Source: Eledone cirrhosa
Taxonomy: Eukaryota
Assembly (NCBI GenBank): GCA_964016885.1
Contig: OZ024741.1
Coordinates: forward strand, 252,464,001-252,528,000
Length of the DNA stretch: 64,000 nt
Reading direction: 5' to 3'
Shown: one piece after another, positions 1 through 8,817 of the stretch
Layout: every line of letters begins with the position of its first letter
Numbering within the stretch: the first letter of the stretch is position 1
Made by a program: the position numbers and the translations under genes
Notes under the pieces: generated by a model
The model's database searches: none
What the model saw: only the letters and a program-made list of their open reading frames with translations
What the model was told of the DNA's origin: nothing

Positions 1-1448
1 GGAAGGGCTGTTAAAAGCCATGGTATAAATATTTTAGAAGAAAACATCTGTTCTGTCATGTGTATGATAACATCTTTAGCATTGGTGACATGACAAAATA
101 CACACAGAACACTCTGTAAAATGGTTGGTTATGGGAAGGGTATCCAGCCATAATAATCTTATCAAGCCAATGATCAAGAGGTCTCCTCAGTTGTGCCAAA
201 GACATAACGTGTATGATCATGATGAATGTATGACAGATAATATGTCTGAGCAATGAATGACAAACATAAAATATTTGGTCAATGTAGGAGAGGCAATATA
301 TCTGATCAATGTGTAACAATGAAAATATCTGGCCAATATATGATTTTCATATCTCACCAATATATATGAAAGAAAATATGTTTGTCCAATGTATGACAGA
401 CATATGTTTGACTAAATTATGAATTATAACATATCTGATAAATGAATGACAGATAATAACCAACGTATGACATATCTAAGTTAGAATACTAAATGGTGAG
501 GATCTACATATTTTTGTCAAATATTTGAGATCATTGAATATATTATAAAGTGGATTATGGGATTGGAACTTGACCTCTGTTCAGGAAAATCATCAAAACT
601 TAAAATTATCTCTGACTTTTACAATCACCATTATTTCTTCCTAAACAATATGAACATCTCTATATTCATCAGATCATCAAAGTATTGCTTAATCATGGTA
701 ACACACCTTAGAATGTCTGACAGCTCAAAGCAATTGGTAGATCAAAGCAATTGATTGGTCAGATTCTGCCAGTTAGCTGCAGACTTGTCAATGAGCGCAA
801 CTCATTTCTGACTCATCTGGATATGAGCCTATCCCAATCTCCTCTGTTAGTATTGCCTGCTACATATACCAAGGAAAATGTCTTCCACTTGACCTCCATT
901 ACAGAAATAGTCTTACACTCCATCTTCACAAGATATGTGTTAAGAAATACCTATACAGTCCAGTCTATCTACATATTTTTCCAGAAATATTATTACAGTA
1001 CATCTTCCCTAGAAAGTTGATAAAAATAAACCATTCAGTCTAGTCTAACTACAGATTTTTCCAGAAATAGTTTTGCACCCTAACTTCACTATAACTATTT
1101 TCTAAATCAATCTTCCACTCCATTTCCACAAGAAATAATCCAACACTAGAAATATTTTAAGAATTATTCTTTCACTCTCATTCGCGACAAATATTTGTAA
1201 AATAGCTTTAAACCCAAATGAAAGACACGGAAATAAAACAATGAAGGTTGTTACCTAATTAGTGTCTCACAACACCTTATGAACTTTAATTAGTGGTATT
1301 GGGAGGTGGTGGGAATGAAGATGATGATGATGAGGTGGAGCAGGAAGAAGAGACATTTAAAACAGGGGAAAATGGTGATTATGAATGAATATATTTAGTG
1401 GTGATATATAAAAGTTGATGGATATATAATATATGAAATATAACTTAC

Positions 1449-3881
1449 CAATATTGTATTTGGTGGACTCTTCTCAAGGGTACCTGTGTCTATCCATTCA
1501 CTCTGGGATTCATACTGGGGGTAGAAATCTCCCTGACATTCTATATACTGGATGTTTCTATAATTCAAATCTGTAGAATACCTCACTGGGGTACCAGGAA
1601 CACTGCTGTTGCTGCTCTGACATGGTAAAGGTTGATCAATTCTGTTACATATAGCTGACCGATCAACACCTCTCCTAGTGGCCTTTGTAGATTGAGATTG
1701 ACCACTGCTACATTTAAAAATACACAGTGTGATGGACACTACAATGACCACAGCCACTATTACAGCTGCTACTATAATTATAATTAATATTGGTATATCA
1801 AATATTTTGTTCTTCTCTAACTGGACAGTGGTCATCTGTGGTGATGATGTCTTGTTAGTGACCTTTAGTGATAAAGACACAGTAGTTGTGGCTGACATCA
1901 CTGGGGTACCAGAATCCTTGACCACAAGTACCAGTTGATATGAGCCAGCTTCATTGAGATAAGGTGAACGTGAGAAAGACATTTGACCAGTAAAAGAGTT
2001 CAGTGTAAACAACTGTTTATTATTACCATCAAGTATTCCATATTTGAGGAAGGCATTTAAATGACTGTCTCTATCAGTGGCTTTAATCACAGTGATAGCA
2101 TTGGTACTTTGTGGATGGTAGTGGACATTGATATGGAATGGGTCAGTTGTAGGGTAGATAAAATATGGACTATTGTCATTTCTGTCTAAAACCTCAATAA
2201 CAACATTGGCTGTATTATTCAATGATGGTTGACCATTGTCTTTGACAAATACTACAAATTTATAAATGTCTTCTTCTTCTCTATCTAATGGTATGTTGCT
2301 GGTAATAAAACCATAGTCACTCACCTTAAATGGTATATTATTTCTGTCTTTACTTAATATTGAGTAAGTTAGTTGACCAGCACTTCCTAGGTCTAGGTCA
2401 GTGGCATTAATAAAACCTATAGGAAAGTTAGCTTTACCATTCTCATAAGTAAGGAAGTGGAATTTATCTTTGGTAAATTGTGGTTTCACATCATTTACAT
2501 CCATTACTTCAATAGAAATCTTTCTCTCTGCCTCTAAAGGAGGACTTCCATTGTCTTCACATACAATTTTTATGTTAAAATGGTCCAATATTTCTCTGTC
2601 AAGTGATTTTTTCAAAGTAATTTTATATTCCTTAGATTCTAAATGTGAGAGGACAACTTTATCATGTTTTAAATTACAAGTCACCTCTCCATTCTCTCCT
2701 GCATCATTGTCCACTACATTGACGTAAGCTATATAACTGCCCACTTCAGTTCCTTCATAAATTGCTGCTGTATCTTTCTTTAGTTCAGACACAAAATTTA
2801 TTCCAATTTTAGGAGCATGGTTCTCTTCATTAAGAATATTCACCCGTACAATGGCAAGGGAATTTAGTGGGGGATTTCCACCATCTTTTGCTTCTACATA
2901 CAACTTGAGAATGTTCTTTTTTTGTGATGTAAAATGTTTTTTTACAAATAATTCTCCTGTTTGACGGTTTATTTTAAAGTAACTACCAGTGCGCCCTGGA
3001 GTTTTTGAACTGATATAATAAGTAACTTGACCATTTTGTCCAGAATCTGGGTCTTTGGCTGTCAATGTCACAATAGGAATATCATTAGCCTGTGTATTTT
3101 TGATGGAAATATTGTAGATATGCTTTGAAAAAGCTGGTGAGTTATCATTAACATCAATTATTGTTATATGAACATGTAAAATTCCTTGTTTTGGAGGTTG
3201 TCCTCCATCTTGAGCTATCACTTCTAGATTGTAACTATCTTTTAGTTCCCTGTCTAGTTTGTCTCCCAGAACAATCCCTATTTTAGCTCCACCTGTGATA
3301 GTTTTCCTAACAGACAATATAAATGGTTCATTGAATTTTTTCTTCAATTTATATGTAACTTCAGAGTTCTCCATTCCAATATCCTTATCAATGGCATCTG
3401 GTATTAATCTTTCTGCTCCTTCCCGATCTTCTTCATTGAATAAAACTTTTACTTCAGTTTTAGGAAATTCAGGGCCGTGATCATTGATGTCTTGTATAAT
3501 GACTTTAACTTTTATGATTTTCAAAAATGTCTTCCGTTTATGTACAGCAACTTTGATGTATCTAAAACAATCTGATTCATATGTACATAGTTCCTCAGCA
3601 TCAAGTGTTTGTGTAGTGTACAATTTACCATCTTTTGTGACATTAAATAAGTGTGACTCTTCTGTCCATTGCTGTTGCATTTGGTTATATGTGATGAAGT
3701 TATTTTCTACAAGCGAGGCACTATTTTCCATCTGTGTGTCAGCAGCAATATCCCCAACAAATGTAAAGGGACTACTTTCTTCTTCTACATGGTAGCTCAG
3801 ATCAACACAGACACAACTATGTAGTAATAGACTGAGGACATTGGCAAGTAAGTATGTATTCCACACACAGTCTACTTCCAT
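1449..3881 (-). CDS. PCDH: Protocadherin copy 1, large exon (signal peptide, EC1-6, TM, proximal tail; 811 codons); terminal exon expected left of the window
   Basis: Cadherin motifs (LDRE, AxDxG, DxNDNxP), EC1 C-X5-C (CTYESDC), TM ILIIIIVAAVIVAVVIVVSI. ATG at 3881 (the ORF-track start at 3884 is GTG). Acceptor ttttcag, exon starts at 3914. Phase-0 donor TTG|GTAAGT at 1449/1448. Confidence 0.95.
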
Positions 3882-4725
3882 CACAGAATATTAAATCATA
3901 TCTTCTGATTTTATCTGAAAATACAGGAAAAAAAATATTTTCTTTTGAGATAATTCACTGAATATTTGTATTTATATAAACAACCCCTTGTTAAAATACA
4001 TTAAAAGATGCTAAGTAAAAATTTAACCATAGTATAATATAATGTAATAATGCTTAATATAGACATAAAATAGATCACATATCTGAAATATTAATGGTAG
4101 ATAAACCATGCCAACGAAACTCAAGCAGGTGTGAAACTTAACTGCACAATGTGTGGTAAGGCATCTAAGTCAGATCCATGTTTGATATGCCATCTAAGGC
4201 GGCATCAGCAACCCTAACTCCAATAACATAAGTTTGGAATTGTCTATATGTCTTTTTTTTTTCGTTCTAAGAAGTGACCATACTCAGACATGAGTAGGCT
4301 TTCCACTCTGTATGTCTGTATGCATGTCTCTGTATATATTTATGTAATCATGGATGGAATGATAGTTAAGGGATGAGACGATCTGCTTGACATGATTGAA
4401 AGAATATAGTCTGTCATGACAAAGAACTTCATGCACAAACTGAAAGTAGTTGAGAATATACTGAATAACACCATTTTTCTGTGATGAAAACTATCATAAA
4501 TTATTAGTCAATGTTTACTGTATATGTGTGTATGGGTAAGTGTATAATTTTGTGAAGGTATATAAGATGAATATATGTTGTGATAGGTAATTTAGAGGAT
4601 ACAATTTATATGATAAATGGAATACTTCAAGCATTTGTAGTGGATTAGTTGTTTTTTTTAAAATAAAATATATATATGAACTTCAATCTTTTCTTTTTCC
4701 ATATATTCATATCCGGTAAATTCAT

Positions 4726-4771
4726 GGGAGATAACTATATGTATAGTGTGTAGTTACACTAATTATCTCCC
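4726..4771. promoter_or_regulatory. Conserved 46-bp inverted motif GGGAGATAA-N28-TTAT(C/G)TCCC in intron 2; also at 13858-13903, 23666-23711, 33141-33186, 42745-42790, 54380-54425
   Basis: Same length in all six copies, with arms conserved and spacer divergent. Function is inferred. Confidence 0.5.
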
Positions 4772-4971
4772 TTAATCTAACATAGCTTTCTAATCTATCA
4801 TCTTTTATATAGATTCGCCAGAAATTGTGGGTTGTAATAATGAATTTAACACTATAAATAAACCTTGGCTGTTTAAAGATAAATAATTAAACAGTTTCAG
4901 ATTTCCATTTTTAAAATCAGATTCAAAGAAACGAAGATGAATACTAAATAACGATGTAAGTGTTTGTGGTA

Positions 4972-5245
4972 TTGTGTGATAAATTACAGTATGTCTGGTA
5001 TTACATCATATATTAAGAGAAAGAACATCTCTTAATGTGATATTGTGAGTACAGTATGTCTGGATATCACAACATATGTTAAGAGATGCTACATAATATA
5101 TATCAATATGATATTGTTATAGGTACAGTATGTCTGGATATCACATTATATATCAAGAGATGTAACATAGTATATGGCAATGTGATATTTTGTTATAATG
5201 TATAGTATATCTAGATATCACAACATATATTAAAGGAAAGAACAT
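4972..5245. repeat. About four tandem copies of a ~60-bp unit (tgtgatattg...tatgtctggatatcaca)
   Basis: Direct repeats visible. Copies 2-6 carry a single unit at the equivalent position. Confidence 0.7.
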
Positions 5246-5400
5246 AATATATGTGAGAGTGCCGATATGTTGTTGGTCTGTATTGATACTCTTCTACATT
5301 AAGTTAAAATCATTTAATCTGGCATTTAAGAAATTAATTAATTTTATATATTAATAAAATTTCAAATTTTAAAAGTTATCCAGATGATATGAAAACTTAC

Positions 5401-5547
5401 CAAAAGTGGGAAATATAAGACATCCAAACTGAATGAGAAAACTTTTTTAAGTTGAACATTTCAAGTCATCTTATTTTGATAACAACAGAAGAATCTATCA
5501 GTTGTCCCCTGTATACAATAGTAATAGACCTTCCATCAAATGTGACC
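5401..5547 (-). other. PCDH copy 1 putative 5'-UTR exon 2
   Basis: tattttag acceptor and TTG|GTAAGT donor, both conserved in all six copies. Confidence 0.7.
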
Positions 5548-7318
5548 CTAAAATATACAAAAATATAACAACAATATTGAATTAAAGTAAAGAAAAGAGA
5601 ATGAAATAGCTTTTACAGAAATATCTCTCCATCTCTCTCTCTCTCTCTTTATATATATATATACATATGTGTGTGAGTCCCAGGTTCAATTGGGAGTAAC
5701 CAGAATAAGGTACTCAATACATTAGTAAAGAGTAAACATCATGTTTAATATGTTTCAGATAGAAATGCCTTCTACAGGAATATAACAGTTTCAAATTTAC
5801 AAATGTTAAAAGTCAAAATATGTGTATATATAATTTATATATTACACTCTAAACTGTAAATATAAAAATTCTAACTAATAGACATTTAACTCCTAATTAG
5901 GTCACAGAGGTGCCATAATGATATACAGCCCATCCCTCCCCAGCTCTGATTTCTTCCAGAGTAAGAGAGAGAGAGAAAAGGAGTAAGAGATATATATGAA
6001 GAATCTATCATAGTACTGGACTTGAATATTATTTAGTGACCTCAAAAGTATAAAAGCTAAAGATGATCTTTGCAGGATTTAAACACAGGGACGAGATATC
6101 CATAAGAAATATTACAAGTTCTTCTATCCAATACTTTAGCATCTCTGCCAATTCAGCAGGGATTTAATTCAGAGCCCAGAGAGCCAAGGCAAATAAGACA
6201 AAATATTCTATTTGATATTCAAACAGCACTGCTATGTATTTCCCTAAAACTAAAATGTACTATACTGTACTAGATCATAAATTATGAATAATGAGAAATC
6301 AATATATATATCTTGTAAAGACAAAATGGAGATTTACTGTCAGCAATGTTGTTTAGTTATACAAGCTACACATACAATTTTAACTACCAAACAATATAAA
6401 GTATGAAGTAAAAGATGTGATGAAAGTTATATCAAAATTGTAAGCTCAATGTCGTTCCACAATCATCAGAGAAAAACAAAAAATACGAATCAGTTATAAT
6501 CCATGTTGTAGAGGGAATTGAACTTTCAGTAAACAACTCAGACAAGTTGTGTGAACAGATATAATGGCTTTCTATGCATTATATATATAATCCATCTAAA
6601 AAATAACGGTATATCCTTCAATATGCTAGAATTCTCAATAAACAACAATGTTTCTAACAGAAATTTATCAATATCATCATTATTATTGTTATCATTATTA
6701 TTATTTTCAAAATGACTAATCCACATACATATTAGAGAATCAATATCCACTGACAGACATATATGTTGTCTTTAATAATACACTAATATATACATTTCAG
6801 ACCATAAATTTCTCTCAGATTTTGTCATACAACAATGTCTGACATCAGCACGATATCTGCTGCTCTGTAATTATAGATTCATTAAGATGTCTTCCTATAT
6901 TTTGTTAAGATATTTCTACAATGTTCTGAAAACATCATTTAATGATGACATGATACAATATATATATAAAATATTACTTTAGAAATATTTCTGCTATATA
7001 TATATGCTGCTATATATATATGCTAGTGGAAAGTGGACATTAAACGAGGATGATGATGATGGATGATGATATATATATAATGATAATGTGATTGAATTGC
7101 CTATAGAAACTTTAGAAGTAAAATAATATAATTTAGCAAACATCGAGTAAAGGCAAGATGTTGTGAAGACAAAATGGAGATTTATCATCAGAAATGTTGT
7201 TTATGGAGAGAAGCTACACACATAATTTTAACTAATGTTATATTTTCACACATTATATCAAATTTTCACACATTATATCAAATATGAAATATGTGAATAA
7301 AACAAGATGTATACTTAC

Positions 7319-7740
7319 CTCCATTGTCTCATCCATAATCTATGTCTGTATATGATACTCTGTGTTAGTGTGTGGTAGAGTGTGATAGTGTCTCTATGGT
7401 AGTAGTAGAGAGAGGGATCACAAGATGTAACTACTACTACTGCTGTTGTTACTGCTTTTGTCGTTATTGTTGCTGTTGGTATTGTTGTTGTTATTGCTGC
7501 TGTTGTTACTGATTCAGTTGTTATTGCTGCTGTTGTTGTTTTTCTACTGTTCTTCTTATTATTAATGTTGTTATTGCTACTATTGTTACTGCTGCTGTTG
7601 TTATAGATACTGTTGTTACTGCTGCTGTTGTTACAGATACTGTTGTTGCTGCTGCTGTTATTATTGCTGTGTTGTTACTGTTGTTTTTGTTATTACTGCT
7701 GCTGTTTCCCTGCTGCAGCAGTCTACTACACACACACACA
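7319..7740 (-). other. PCDH copy 1 putative leader exon 1 (5' boundary uncertain), with degenerate CAG/CAA tract ~7430-7720
   Basis: Donor GAG|GTAAGT at 7319/7318 preceded by ATGGATGAGACAATGGAG, conserved in all six copies. Confidence 0.6.
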
Positions 7741-7830
7741 ATATTACTACACATATTCTACAGTATACTCCAATGATGTGTCATAAGAGAGCTGTATAGT
7801 CTGTGTAGTGTATAGTCTATATATGAGTTC
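7741..7830 (-). promoter_or_regulatory. Conserved putative promoter block (also ~16905-16985, 27198-27290, 36490-36582, 46250-46342; partial at 58127-58200)
   Basis: Plus-strand cagtatactccaatgatgtgtcataag...gtgtatagtctat recurs directly upstream of each leader. Confidence 0.5.
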
Positions 7831-7960
7831 TAGTTTTATCATGTACAGTGTAACAATGGTGTGTAGTATATATTTATATGTGAAATTTAGATATATTTTG
7901 TGTTGTACAAATATATGATGTTTTGAATTAGATGGAATATCACTCCATGTTCTGTTGTGC

Positions 7961-7962
<2 letters not shown>

Positions 7963-8022
<60 letters not shown>

Positions 8023-8051
8023 GTAAATTTAAGCACATATGTGTGTATGTA

Positions 8052-8093
<42 letters not shown>

Positions 8094-8119
8094 AATTTAA
8101 GCACATATGTGTGCATGTA

Positions 8120-8156
<37 letters not shown>

Positions 8157-8470
8157 ATGTATGTATATACATCTATAGATATACACACACACACATATAC
8201 ATATACATCAATATATGTATATATATATGCATAATTCCACATATATATGCATACATTTACATGCATATGTATGGAGAAATATATACATATATATCATCAT
8301 CATCATCATCTTCGTTTAACGTCTATTTTCCATGGTAGCATGGGTTATATATATATATATATACATATTCACACTCAAACATATACGTATATACATACAC
8401 ATGCATATAAATATATATGTGTGTGTGTCTGTGTGCATGTGTCTATTTGTGTGTATATGTATCTATAGTA
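7963..8470. repeat. (TA)n/(CA)n/(TG)n microsatellite field; similar fields lie between all gene copies and near 60.8 kb
   Basis: Directly visible dinucleotide runs. Confidence 0.95.
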
Positions 8471-8589
8471 TATGTCTGTGAAAATGTCTTCATGGAATAG
8501 TACAGATAGTTAAGAACCTGACACAATATTCCACAGTCTCACCCCCACCCCCCTCTCACAATGTCTGTTTGTCTGGTGGAAATGTGGTT

Positions 8590-8613
8590 TTATTTTTTAA
8601 TTCTTGTTGGTAA
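8590..8613 (-). CDS. PCDH: PCDH copy 2 terminal coding exon LPTRIKK*
   Basis: Acceptor gttttctctgttccag|TTA CCA ACA AGA ATT AAA AAA TAA. Phase 0 matches the donor at 10528. Confidence 0.8.
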   Translation of the reverse strand, partial: LPTRIKK

Positions 8614-8805
8614 CTGGAACAGAGAAAACAACATATAAAAGTTGACAAAATATTACATTTCAGACACATCAAACATATGTCTGATCAATGTAATATGTCT
8701 GAAGGAATATGATAGACAATATGTCTGACCAATATATGAGAGACAGTCTTGAATATACTATATATGACAAACACTATAACTGGAGATGTGGCTTTATTTT
8801 TTAAC

Positions 8806-8817
8806 TCATGTTGGTAA
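8806..8817 (-). other. Duplicated proximal terminal exon of copy 2 encoding LPT*
   Basis: gttttctctgttctag|TTA CCA ACA TGA GTT AAA AAA TAA. Confidence 0.6.

Noticed and set aside
740-850. CCAAT-containing block (duplicated at ~9735-9990) as an extra exon or antisense promoter
   Set aside because: Present only in copies 1 and 2, with no consistent splice sites or frame. More likely a repeat remnant.
1729-3795. Plus-strand ORFs repeated inside each protocadherin exon
   Set aside because: Antisense shadows of the conserved coding strand. Lengths vary between copies and no domain is recognisable.
1395-3884. ORF-track boundaries (GTG start, VSYI... C-terminus) as the true protein ends
   Set aside because: The next codon is an ATG, and a conserved GTAAGT donor with a phase-matched downstream exon explains the C-terminus better.
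7521-8468. Poly-L/V/C/Q and YI-repeat ORFs here and in the equivalent regions
   Set aside because: Translations of tri- and dinucleotide microsatellites.
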